Positions 1 to 41,364 of a stretch of DNA of 64,000 nucleotides are shown piece after piece. This stretch comes from Chrysomallon squamiferum. Taxonomy: Eukaryota > Animalia > Mollusca. Numbering within the stretch: the first letter of the stretch is position 1; each line of letters opens with the position of its first letter. The notes beneath the pieces are model-generated. The model had not been told where the DNA came from. It saw only the letters and a list, made by a program, of their open reading frames with translations, and did not search any database. The DNA lies in assembly GCA_012295275.1 (NCBI GenBank), contig CM022665.1:44082001-44146000 (forward strand), in the 5' to 3' direction. Position numbers and translations under genes: made by a program.

Positions 1-27897
<27,897 letters not shown>

Positions 27898-28716
27898 ACA
27901 CTTTCATTGTGAACAGCATTCCTTGTTCTTCTTTCAACTGCGGCTTTGTGTTAAGTGACATTCACACCATCCGATTTGTCACAACAGTTTGTTGCATATA
28001 TAAGTATATGACTGAAAAAAAAAAAATTAAAAAAAATTTAAAAAAAAAAAAAAAATTATTTCAAAAACATTTCAAAGTTTAGTATATGTGTTGGATAAGA
28101 TTTTATTATTACAATGATGATGATGATAAAATTTAATCCTTGTTAAGATGGATTCTTCGCAAGTGAAGTTGTCTTTCTTAACATCTTTATTTCTCTGCCA
28201 AATCATTTTGGAAATAAAACGATGCACAAGAATGGAATACAACGGAAAAGATTTTTTTTTTTTTTTTTTTTTTAACAAATGTGAAGGGTTTAGGACTCTT
28301 GTACTGTTTTTGTTGTCGACTGATGTATGAGAGATTGTGAAGTGTACCAGATTAAAGAAAGTGTTTTAAGCATCATGAATACAACATATCTTTTAATTAC
28401 AAGTGTACGAGTTACTGTCATTCCATGCTGGTTTGTTTTCACTTTCTTAGTTAATTTTGTGTTACAAGTTTCCAGTGCAGCAATTCATCAGTTAATATTT
28501 CTTTACAACTAACATGGCTACAGTTATGCTGTAATAATAATTAATAATAATAATAATAATATTAAAAATGTTGTTTTGCTGTATTTCAGTTTAATGCTAC
28601 AAGTAAAAGCGTAACAAGACAGAAGTTGAAAAAAGCTTCTTTGAATACAGACTGTTATAGTAACATTATGGTATAGTGAAACAGACTGTATTGACTGAAC
28701 GTTTGATGAATCGGAA

Positions 28717-28748
<32 letters not shown>

Positions 28749-29750
28749 GAGTGTTGTGTTTTCATGTTAGCTTCTTGCAGATGCAAGATGCCATGATATT
28801 AGAAATTCCTTTTATCAAAAATAAAGAGAAAAAAGTTAGAGAAAAAAAATAATTCATGGGAAATAGTAAGTAATATTTTCTTTTTCAAAAACCAAGCTCG
28901 GAGATGAGAGAATATTGATGAATTTTCTTTCCATAAAGAGAGTCAGTTAAATGATTTTTATATGCCAAAATACTACGCAGAATGTTTGGAATTTGTTTAA
29001 AATGAGCATGTTTGGATATTTAACCTGGTAGAATATTCTTCATACATTGTCAACAGAAATGTTTTGAAAAGGGAAAGAATAATGATATATACATTTTCTT
29101 TATTTTAAAGAAGCAAAATGGAAATTTTGGACAAACAAATTCGAAGTTAGTTTAAAACAAAAGTATATATATATATATAAAAATTAAATAATAATGATAA
29201 TGATTAAAGTTTAAAAACAAAATTATACAATAACATTTATTTATTTATTTATTAGTTTTTTTTTTTTTTTTTTTACATATCAGTGTGAGATTTTTGCTAT
29301 TACTATATAACCTTCACTTACAGCTTGTTGGTATACTTTTTTTTGTTTTTTTGGGGTTTTTTGCAGCTGGTTTGTCCCGAAAAACTTTTTGACAAAAGTT
29401 TACATTTATCTGACATGTTCTTTTTTCTTTTTTTTTTTTTTTTTTTTTTATGTTTATATATATATATTTCTATGTTCATAATATAACCTTTAATCATATT
29501 CTGTGAGTACAGTTTTTATTTTTACATTTTTTTTTTTTATTATTTTTTATATATATATATATATGCATATATATATGTATTTATTATTTATTTTATCTAT
29601 TTATATTATTTCATTTGGACAATTGAAAATCGTGAGAGAGAAGGTGTTTGTGTCTGTTGTACGTGTTTAAGGATGGTGTAACTTAAAAGACATGTTTTAC
29701 GTATCATGACCATTCTGGATTTTGAGAGGTTAATTTTCAACATCATCTGT

Positions 29751-29801
<51 letters not shown>

Positions 29802-30394
29802 ATTATTATTATTTTTTTTTATTATTGTTTTGTGCTAATTTACTTGGATTGGGTTGTTGATGCAGACATTTTATCTTGGGACTAAAATATAACTGCAATT
29901 TCCCAATCAACCCCTCCTTTCCCTCCCCAAACATTTTAATATTTTAAATCAAATTTATAAACTTTGGCATATATGAATCAAATTTTTTTTGGTTGACATT
30001 TTCTTTTCTTTTTTTTCCCTTACTATTTTAAAATATTTTTTATTTTTTATTTAGTAATCAAAGTGATGAAAATGTAAACAAATTTTTTTTTTTTTTTTTA
30101 ACATCAGTGTACATTGTATTTGTAAATACTTACAAAACCTCTTCTTTTAGCAATATCATGAAACCTACATATTTTATTTTCTGTGTTTGCATATGTACAA
30201 ATACTCCAAGTGTTTTTGAAAATATATAAACAAGTTTGGTTCAGTTATTTTAGATGTTAAGAAGTAGATTTTGATTTTTCATGTATCATTATTAATTACT
30301 GTAATAAAGGTGTGTAAAAATTAATGTTTACTAATTTTGTTTGTGTATGAATTGTCTGGAGCAATTATTAATTTTCTTTTTTTAATTACTTGTA

Positions 30395-30422
30395 CAGTGG
30401 CAGATTTGTAATATTATTATTA

Positions 30423-30467
<45 letters not shown>

Positions 30468-30668
30468 TTATTTTATTATATTTTTTTATTATTATTTTTT
30501 TATTATATTTTATTATTTTATTATTATAATTTTATTATTGTTATTTTATTTTATTTTTTTTATTATTTTACTGTGTTGTGTAATAGCACTTTGGTGTCAA
30601 ATAGCACACATTTCTTCTTCTTTTAATTTCTCCTGGCGCCATCAGAGCACCACCTAGATCTGCCACTG
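30395..30668. mobile_element. Degenerate MITE-like element with ~14-bp terminal inverted repeats
   Basis: 5' CAGTGGCAGATTTG and 3' TAGATCTGCCACTG (12/14 inverted match) flank a (TAT)n-rich interior; no clean target-site duplication. Confidence 0.5.
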
Positions 30669-33259
30669 CAGTCTTAGTTCATTGTCATTTTGTCACAATG
30701 GCAGCTGAAATGAATACATTCGTGACTTGTCAGATTTTAAATAACGGTCTTTGTTGTCTCAGTATCAATCATCATTTTTGTCCAATTGTTATTATTTTTA
30801 TTTATTTTTTATTTATGTATTCATTTATTTATTTTTATTATTATTATTTTTTTTTTTTTTTTTTTTTTATATATATGTTTATTTATTTATGTAAGTGGGG
30901 TTTTTTGTGAGGTTTTTTTGTTTTTTAAATTAGTTTTTTTTTTTCCATTTATGATTGTAATAAATAATATTTCATATTTGTTTAAAAAGTTTTATTGCTT
31001 TTTTTTGTTTTAAGTTTATTTTTAAAAAAAAAAAATTCAGGTATTTTTATCATTATATTATATATATATATATATATATAAAAATGTGTATATATGTACT
31101 TTTTGTTGTAAGCACTTGATACGTGAATTTTCAGTGTATAAGTGTTTTGTAATAATATTTGCTTGGCTTGATTTGCTAAGCAAATACCAGTTCTAATATG
31201 AACAAAATAGTTTTTGTGTTTTTTTTTTGTTTGGTTGTTTTGATGCAGTAATAGATTTTATTGTATGCTTGATGCATATAACGAAAATACATTTCCATGG
31301 CAACCACCACAAAATCAAAACTGTATGAATTAAAATAAATAACAGTTTGTAATTAAATCAATTCCAGAACCCTAAATAAAAATAAAAATAACTTTTAAAT
31401 TTCAAAAATTTATAATAATTTAACCATATTATGTTAAATGGTTTTATTTAATAATGAAAAGGAGCAAAAAAAAAAAAATTATTTTTAATTTCCAAACTAG
31501 TTTCACAATTTTCAAAAGATAAAATCATTTTGATAGAATATGTATTTAAGCCCTACTGAAATATGCACTGTTTTTTATTTTAATACATGTAGCTGTAATA
31601 CCTTTTTCACGTATGTTTCTTCATGTGAAATAGTCATCAAATAATGAGAAAGTGGCAGCCTCTTTAATCTTTTTCTCAAACTTTATTATCTGTAAAGGTT
31701 ACTGGCCAGTGACACTCAAAAAACGTAACACAACATGATGCAAAGTACAATACAATGTAAGACTGAAAATCAGTTATTAAATATCGACATTTTTTTTTTT
31801 TTTTTTTTAAATGTTTTAATATTTCTTGCCTTGCTATAGATGTACCATGCAGAAATGTCCAAAATTATTTTAACTTGATATTTCATTGAACAAAAAAACC
31901 ATTGTATTACTGTGATCATTGTAATTTGTGTTGTGAAAATTCAGCAGTTATTTGCATTAAGGTTCATGTTTAAAATATTAATGATATTACATGTATTTAT
32001 GTGCAGAAAGAAAAGTCAGTTTCATGTCTGAATATGTTTATATTTATAAGTTTTCATAAGACACCAAAATTGTGTGCATCATTTTCTTTTCTTCTGTTTT
32101 TTAAATTATCATTTGCCAAGGTAGAAATATACTTATGCTTATAATGCTGTATTTTGTTTGGGGGGGGGTTGGTTACTCAGTGAACAACAATTTTGTGGCT
32201 TTTAACTGTATTCATTTTAATTAAAGTTAGTGAAAAATGTTTTGGTTTTTTTTTTTTTTTTTAGTGGGTTTTTTTGTTGTTGTTGTTTTTTTTTTTTTTT
32301 TGGATAAATCATTTGGTGGTATTATTATTTTAAATGATAATTGGTCAAATATTATTATTATTATAGTGTAATGTATAATTATATTTATGAGATGTTTTCC
32401 AAAAGTATATTAAAAGCTTTAGTAGCCATTTTCCATCTTGAAAATATGAGTGCACCAATCAGAAACTAATGCTTAGCATGCACCAATAAGAGTCGATGAT
32501 TTGATTTTTATGCACCAATCAAATTTAATCTTTTAAGCAGTATGCACCAGTCATAATACTGTGCCTTACAGGAAACAAAAAAAAAAAAATACATGGCAAA
32601 CTTTTCAAAACCATATAAAACATCCTGAAAACAAAACAAAAAAAAGAAGAAAAAATGAAAGAAAGAAATACAACAAACGACAATTAATGCAAATAAATGA
32701 AATAATAGTTAAGATTCGTATTTTGTTATGGTAGCCATTTTCTTTATGAAAAAAAGTTTGTGTATTTTTAATTAATATTTTGTGTTGGGTAATGTTAAGT
32801 GTGTTTATAGAGAAACAACCAGACTTTTTTTTTTTTTTTTTTTTTTTATGCAGCAAAGTTGTGAACTGCAGCAAAGACTGAACGGTTCTGTCAGCTAAGA
32901 TGTGGATAGCTGTTTTACTGTCCAATGTTCATTTTTGTCATTTTTTCATCAGTTGTCAAAATAAAATAAAAACAATTGTACATGCCTAATTCATCAGAAA
33001 GCATCGAGGTGTTGTATTATTATTTTTGTTTTTATTATTATGTGGATTTATATTAATGGACTCTTTTTTTTCTTTCTATATTTTTTTTTTTTTTTTGTAA
33101 CTAGAGATTTGAAAATGTATTCACAATATTGTCATATGTCAATACCCATGTCGTTCTCATTGTAATATCACTGTAGCTGCCACAGATCTCCGTGGCGTTG
33201 TGAAATCTAGTGAAATAAAACATAAAACTAAATATGCCTCATTTTTTTCTTCTCAATAC

Positions 33260-33290
<31 letters not shown>

Positions 33291-33574
33291 GAACAGTTTT
33301 ACTTACTTAATTTTACTTTATCAGATATCAGCATGCGTGGATAATATACTTGTATGAACATAATCTGTTAGTGTCTACACTTATGAACGAACACATGTAT
33401 TGTCCTAAAAATGGACGATATATATATTTTTTTTTTTTTTTTTTTTTTTTGTCTGTAATAATTAGAAGACAAATTTATTATGTTAATATATGTAGCACAG
33501 TTTGAAGCTAAATAGGATTGATTTTTAAAATGAACATATATTCTTAATCACTATTTGTAAATTAGCTTTCAAAC

Positions 33575-33607
<33 letters not shown>

Positions 33608-34109
33608 CCCTAACGTCTGCCCAAGTCCACATAAAAGTTTAATATAATAAAATTTATTAAATGTATTCTTCTTGATATTATTATTGTGATTTTCGTCTAT
33701 TTATATATTTATTATATCAACAGATGAGGTACTTTTTAATTTCATTATAAAATCATTTATTAATACTGACGTTAGTGTTGTTTATTTAGTCTGTAAGCGA
33801 AACACAGACATCACGATCCAGTAAACTAGCGACAGCAATTAGACACGTGTATTTAGAAGACATTCAAAATTTGAGAATCAAAGCGAAAATGAAACGATTC
33901 AACACTGTTGGTAAAATTAGCTAAACACAGTTTAAAACTGAAGTGTAAATTCGTTTTAAAATATTTTGTGTCAATCATTTAAACTACATACAATCCTTCA
34001 AATGAACCATTACAATTTTTACATTTATCAATGAAAATAAAGTTCGTTCAAAAATGTTAATTCCAGATTTTAGACAAATAGAGTTATTGGCCTTTGAAAC
34101 CATTAAAGT

Positions 34110-36277
34110 ATGGCTTCTGTTAACGCTAGAAGTGTTTTTCTGCTTATTGTTTTTGCTATTGTTGTTGTTAAATCTGAGGATGCTGCCTCTAAAGAAGAAG
34201 AGAATATCCCAGAAGTTAAGCCTGAGGATCTAGAATATGCTAAAGGATCCGTTTGTCAATATTGCACATACTGCAAGGTGCGTAGATGATTGAATCAACT
34301 TTATAATAAAGTCGACGATCACATTTAGTTTCATTATCATTGATCAATATAGCATCATTTATCATTATATCATGATGATTATGTGTTATCATCAGTAATT
34401 ATGAATGGTTGATATAAAACGCTTTTGTCGGTAGCAAGTCCGAAAGTCCACTTGGTCTTAACTTTTATATTCCAGAAATACAATTTAAAACATATTAAAA
34501 ATGTAAAATTTCAATTAAATATTTGTATAATTGCGACATTTTTATTAAATGTATTTATTCAGAACATTAAACCGAGATGCTAAAGTTTCAGAACATTAAA
34601 ATTTACTTTTCTTTTTATCTTCTCTAATTAATTTTTAACTGTGAAAACAGTGTGTTGAATAGTTTTATTTCCATCACATAAACCCACAGAATTTACTGGG
34701 TCAGGAAGTTTAAAGATATTTAGTTATCAGCTAAGTCTGTTTTATATTCTGAAAGTGTTTGGTGAATTGGAATCATTAAAAAAATAAAAAATGTTTATCA
34801 GTTAACTAACATTACTTGTAATACTACTACTACTACTACAATTTCTACTATTATTATTAATCGTTGACATTTCAGTTTTGTAAGTTGTGTGATAAAGACT
34901 GCCCATGTGAAACCAGTCCAACGAAACCAAACTGTAAAATGTGCAAGGTAGCCTCTTTTTATTTTATTGTAATTTATTTATTTATTTTTATGTTTTTTAA
35001 GTATTAATTATATTTTTTATTTTATTATCTTTATGAATTATATCCAGTGATAAATACTTATTTTTAACTGAAATAAAGATATTGCCAATTAATATACAAG
35101 ATCCTTTAATATCAAATGATGTTAACATTCATTTAACAAATTAAATCAAATAATGTATTTAGAATCCAAGTATTTTGTAATTTCTAAAATTCAGTTAATT
35201 AAAATCTTCATTTTAAATAACTTTTCTTATCTGTTGTACGTTACTTTTATTTAAAAAAAATAATTCAAAAATTTATTATTTAAATTTATATAATATATTA
35301 AAGTAAATTAATTTTTTCTTTTTTTGTTAAGAACTACACATCAGTATATAAATATTTGTAAATAAACTATTTTATAAATGTTTGTAAATTATTTTTCTTA
35401 CAGTACTGCAAGTATTGTTACCTGTGTACTGCAGTTTGTGACACTGTGTGCAAACCAGGTATGTGGACAACAGAGCCAAGACATTATTTAATTTCACATA
35501 AATTAAAATTTTCTTATTTCCTTTAAAAATAATCAAATAAAAATATTTTTAAACTGAAATGCTTATTCTAAAGATAAATATGATTGAAGATATAATTACA
35601 TTAACTGCCTTATAATTAAGAAGAATACAAAGCATTCTTTTTATTTCCCAAAACAAATAAGATAAATTTACAAGGAAAAAAACATGGAGGAAGAAAGAAA
35701 TAAAATGAAATATTATTCTTTTTAAGTAATCTTTAAACTTTAACATAAATTTTATGATTATCATCTTTTTTTAATTTTATTTAAGGTGGAATGATTGACA
35801 AGGTGTCGGCAGCTATTATCAAGTAAATATAAGAAACTATTTTTAAATAATTTATTTCAGACACACATGCTCACACACACACACACATTGTAGTAACTAT
35901 AAATAAGAACTCTTAAATAAAAAGATACTTTTTTTACAAAAACATATCTTAACAACTTTTTGTAAACTTCAAACAAATTGTTTCAAATTAAAATTAAATA
36001 AAAGAGATAACTTTCTATGATTAATAGTTGCATTCACTTTACTTTTATTAAAACTTGTATTAACATACTGTTAGATGTATTATTATCATCATATGTATTA
36101 TATTATTATCGTTATCATTACATGTATTGTTTTTCATCTTACTATTATATGTATTAATTACATACATATTACTGATTTTGTTTTTCTATTTTCAGTGCTT
36201 TGCCTATTGGTGATAAAGATGGCATTGATAAGGACATCAGTTCAGTGAAAAGCTGGATAGAGAGAGATGAGCTATGA
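34110..36277 (+). CDS. Small ER/SR-luminal Cys-rich protein, HRC (histidine-rich calcium-binding protein) C-terminal-domain-like, 137 aa
   Basis: Exons 34110-34277, 34876-34947, 35404-35458, 35786-35822 and 36196-36277 (414 nt, phases consistent) give MASVNARSVFLLIVFAIVVVKSEDAASKEEENIPEVKPEDLEYAKGSVCQYCTYCKFCKLCDKDCPCETSPTKPNCKMCKYCKYCYLCTAVCDTVCKPGGMIDKVSAAIINALPIGDKDGIDKDISSVKSWIERDEL. Signal peptide, 14 Cys in CxxC runs, terminal RDEL. Confidence 0.88.
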
Positions 36278-37019
36278 TCAAATTATATTTTAGATTGTTA
36301 TTTTATTATACAGATCATTTCATGTTTTAAATTTTGGACGTTAGCATTATATTGTTACAAGTTAAATTAATTCACAGTTCTTATTCAGAAAATATGTGTT
36401 TTTTCAGTAGATCCCATAAAATAGTATTTCATCCATTCATACATTCAAAAAAAAAAAAAACACCTTGAAAATGATTTGTAATAATTTGGATAGTGAACAA
36501 AGTCCAAAAATGTGTTATTGTTAATCTTTTTTTTTAATATATATATATATATATAAATTGTGGATACTTTTTCTGCATCTGTTGAGACTTGGTTTGCATT
36601 AATTTAGAGCTTTATACAGAGCCAAAGAATAAAAATGTAAAGTAGTCATGTAACTTTTTCTCTCATGATTCCTGAAAAGAAACTACTTAATATAAATATA
36701 TATATATATATATATATACATTCATTTGCATACAATAAAAAAAATAAAAAAAGGAAAATGATTTTAAAGAAAAGAATAAATATTTGGGAGCAATAAAAAT
36801 TCCACTGAAAAAAAACCAAAGTTCAAAAAAGTTGAAGAAATCCTTTATATATGTTATAATAAAAACATTTTATTTACAAAATCATTAGAAAAATGAATAA
36901 AATATCATTTTTACATTAAAATTAGATAGATTAAAAACAGGAAATGTGACTAGCACTGTTTAATAAACATTGTATGAACAATCACACATTTAAAACATAC
37001 ATCTTTATTTTTATTTTTT

Positions 37020-37057
<38 letters not shown>

Positions 37058-40000
37058 TTGTTACTGTTCCTTTCATGGTTCATATCTGACACATAAAATT
37101 TTTCAAACATGAAACATTGGTAATCATAACATAAAATTTTGTTTCATTTTTTAATTTAAATGTCTTATCACCTTTGTATTTTTAAATATCTTCACAAGAT
37201 TGTTGGTTTATTTGTGTATGAAAGCTAATTTATAAAATGTTGTGTTATAAATTTAAATAGTTTTTACAGCTACATAATGTAGTTAGCACTGTTGTGAATA
37301 GGAGGTATATAGTAATGTTTGGTTGCAGATTAGCTCAGGATTTTTTTTTTTTCCCCCACTTAAGGTAGAGTGTGATTTTTGTCCAATTTATATATTTATT
37401 TTTATTTTTAAAAAGATTTTTATTGGATGTGGTTAGTTTTTTATTTATTTTTTAAAATTAAATTAACACAAGAGCTGTTCTGGTACTTGCTTTAAATAAT
37501 TGTGGGAACCATGTTCTTGATCATTTTTTTAACTGGGATTTGTTATCACCTTCATTTATTTATGAAGTTCACAAACATAAATTTCCTGACATTAATTAAA
37601 CCATAATTATAATCTTGTCAGTTTTTATTTTATTTTTTAATCTAATTTTAAATCGGTGAAGAGGCCAAGTTACTTTTTAGAATAATGACATGTGAAAGAT
37701 TTTGTGTACCAAAATAAAATTTATGAATAAGTTAATAAGTAAATTTATTCAAAAATATTTAGCATTGGCACCAGATGAATTTTAGCAGTGAGTTTAATAA
37801 ACATTACAATATCATAAACTTTGAAGGAAATCTGTTTCAAAATCTGTTTAGAATTGTACTTATGTTAGACACAACAGTGGAAGTTCAGTACCAGGTTGAA
37901 TGTTTTTGCAAGAATGACCTTTCAGTGGATTTGAAGTATATGTTGGCATTATTTGCATATACACATTATAATGTGGTATTTAATATGAAAATTATGCATA
38001 ATTTCAGTGTTGTAAAATTTTTCATTAATATATTGATTTACTTTTTTTTAACTAATATTCAGGATACTTTTTTCTTAAAGTTTTACATTGGTTTGTCTGC
38101 AGAAAAATCCCAGTATTAATAATAATAATAATAAATGATTAGAAAAAGAATAAATAAAGCCGATAATAAAATGTTAGTATATAATCCATATGCTTATAAA
38201 ATATATACAAGTAATACAAAATACATTTGTTCCTAAGACAGTCACAAATTATGGAACATTTTCCAAAGAAACAGGATGCTACTGGTAACTCAGTGTTATT
38301 TAGTTAATTAATTTTATTATGCAGTTTTATCAATATTAAATTGAATTTAAGATATTCACAGTTCAGTTGTATTGTATAAATTCTGTTCACAGTTTATAAA
38401 TTAAAATGTACTATTTGTATTTGAAATAAATAACCTAGGCATAATTTCCATACTTGAAGTGGCATTTTATTACTTCTACTGCCATTCTTAGCTCATAATA
38501 AAGTATGTGCAATCTACTCAAGTCCAAGTTTTCTTGATCTTGATGTCATTTCTGTAGGAAGCTTATTTAAGTGTTAGGATACTTTATTATTAACAAAGTT
38601 TGATGATGATTTAACAAAAATGCATTTAGGTTGTTTGTGACACCACCGATTCACTTCAGTGGCATATTTATTTACATTGAACATTCCAGTGATTGCAAAA
38701 GTCTTTTAATGTTAATGTTCCAAAAACCACAATTTTGTTGTTAGTGTTTTTAGCTTTGGATAAATAAATGGTTTTCACATTTATAATACTTGCACGGTTT
38801 TGTTTATTTGTTTTTAAAATTCATTTTCAGTTAGAACATTTTTGTTTTTGCTAGTTTATCAAGGAATCAAAATTAAAGAAAACACCAACATATTTTAATG
38901 GTTATTTGGTGTTTAACATTTGGATTTTGTTTAATGATATCTCAGAAAGGAAAATATTTCTACTACCTCACTGGTTACTTTTACTGATGACCTGCCTCCA
39001 TTAGTAAATCATATACCGCAGTGTAACAGCTATTATAGACCATCAGATGTAAAATAACTGGAAGGGAGCCTGAAAGGAGGACTGATCCTAGAACCTATGA
39101 TTCCAGTGATAAATGCACAACAACAGTGTTTATGTTCCAGATATATTTATTTAAAAAAAAGGAAATAGAATGAAGAGTTTAATGAATAAAAGCAATGACA
39201 CAGAGAGAGAGATCAACCTATTAGGTGTTAATAAGAAGTAAAAAAAATCAATATTAAAATGCTTGTTAAATTTTTAAAGTTCACAGTAAAAAAAGAATAA
39301 ATAAATACTTTAAAAAAGTAACAAAAAGGTAATAAAAATAAATACATGTATATGGGATAACTAATAAAATTAGGAGTTTTCAAAATGGAGGGATGAAATT
39401 AAATTTAATTTTTAAAATTTGATTTAATGCCAAAGGAAAATGAAAGACTTTTAAACAACTGTTCAGTAGAGATAGTGGTAGTGGTAGCAGTAGCAGCAAC
39501 AGAAGCAGTACTATCAAATTTTCCAACTCAATCTAGACACCATCACTGATCATGAATTACATTATAATAATAATAATAATAAATTATATTGATAAAATAA
39601 AAAGCACCTTTCAGCACTAAAAACATGGTGCATAGCTCCCCCTTTCTGTGTGCTTATGGATAATAGATATTCCTTGCAGATAACAAGGACAAATTCCACT
39701 GCCTATCGAACAGGCAGATGCTGCAGTATGCCTGCATGCTGTGTTTATTTTTCAATTATCATTATAAACTTTACACAGTGGAACTTTACTGAACGGAATA
39801 ACTGATAAAACAGCATTCTGCGTAATTCCTGCGAGGAATTTTTATCAGTTAAAATAATGAATTCAGAGAGGGATGCTGATAAAAGAAAAGATTAGGTAAT
39901 TTTTAAATGTAATGAGATTGGCATAGCAATGATACGTTAGTTAATCTGGAAACGTCTACACATGTGCTGTTAATTAATGTCAGTGATTCAAGTCTGTGTT

Positions 40001-40559
40001 AAAAAAAATCCACCAAAAATAAAGTTTTGCAAGGTCATTGTTTCTTTTTAATTATGTCTGTAAGATTCTGGCAAGTGTCATGTTTTTGTTTATATATACA
40101 TTTCTTCCTCATTTTTAATTTCTTTTTTGTTGTTCTTTAGTTCAAGCTAAATTTCATATCACACTTCCTATGCATACGCTCGCAAACAACATGCATATGT
40201 CTGCATACAGCCAAAATATGTAGAAGACACACTCACATAAAAACACAAACAGGCATTCGCCAATATAGACATACAAAGGAGTGTGCGCATGTCAGAATCG
40301 TATACACAAAATTTATTTTGTTGCACTTACTTATTACTTGGGCATTTGTAACCCCTTTAAAGACTTCATTACTGAGCACACGAACATATTGCAGATTTTT
40401 TTGTTTTGATTCTTTCGAGCCCTGTGATTAAAGTTATTTACATACAAAGCAGAAAAACTAATTCTTTAACATTGTTTTCTGGTTCTTTTTCATCATTTAA
40501 CCCCCTCCCCACCTGCGCTCACAACTAACTCCCCGCACTAAAATGAATGACATATGTTC

Positions 40560-40820
40560 TAAACGAATATTACAGGAACAGATAAGAAAACGTTGAAAGG
40601 AGATTTTAACTTTCCATCAAGCGGATCTTTCGACTGCAGTAGCAAAACTGCTATTTACCTGAGCGTTTGCAGAAGATGCACAGCGGCGCGGGAAGCGCGT
40701 GGACTTCTGACGTCTTCCGGAAGATTAGCGCCGCGCAAAAGCAGACTTTCTGTGAAACCGGACACCGGTGTTCGATTTGTATCGCTAGCAACTGTCGTTC
40801 TTTTGCAAGTTTAAGGTATT
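40560..40820 (+). promoter_or_regulatory. CpG-rich promoter-like island with a possible first-exon donor
   Basis: GC/CpG-rich patch with TGACGTC (CRE-like), palindromic CTTCCGGAAG (double ETS core) and AAG|GTATT at ~40815; no ORF attached. Confidence 0.35.
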
Positions 40821-41305
40821 AACTTGGGGGGAATTCGCGATGTTTCTTTCTCTTTCTTTTCTGCAACAACTTTTGCACGCTGCATATATATATATATTTT
40901 TATCTGGAATTTCGATCTCAGACGATAGATGGTCAAATTGGCTATTTTCACCCCCCATAACCTGTCTGTTTTCCTTAGAATATTTTTTGTTATGGTTATA
41001 GTGTAGCTTGAGAGTATTTTAAGCATCTGCTCAAAGGTGAAAACTACATAAATACAAATCCTGTTGGAAGGATTTACGATAGAAATGGGCATGTCTTTTG
41101 AAATAATGATTAGAATAATTTATTGCTTTTAGTTTGTGTGTGAGGTGAGGAGAGTTTTTTCTTTCTTTTGTTCTTACCTTTGTGTGTGTGTGTCTGTGTG
41201 ATTTTCTTCGCTCAAAATTTAATTATTAGAGCTGTATTGTTTATTTTCTTTTTTCTTCTTCTATTTATGGTGGGTTTTGGGAGTGGTTGGGGAGGTGTAA
41301 TTAAG

Positions 41306-41364
<59 letters not shown>

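Noticed and set aside
27898-33250. End of the PARP 3' UTR
   Set aside because: Several AATAAA candidates (e.g. ~30303, ~33213) in AT-rich DNA; cannot choose without transcript data.
37775-38119. 114-aa ORF downstream of the HRC-like gene
   Set aside because: AT-rich, no motif and no convincing splice boundaries; likely UTR or intergenic.
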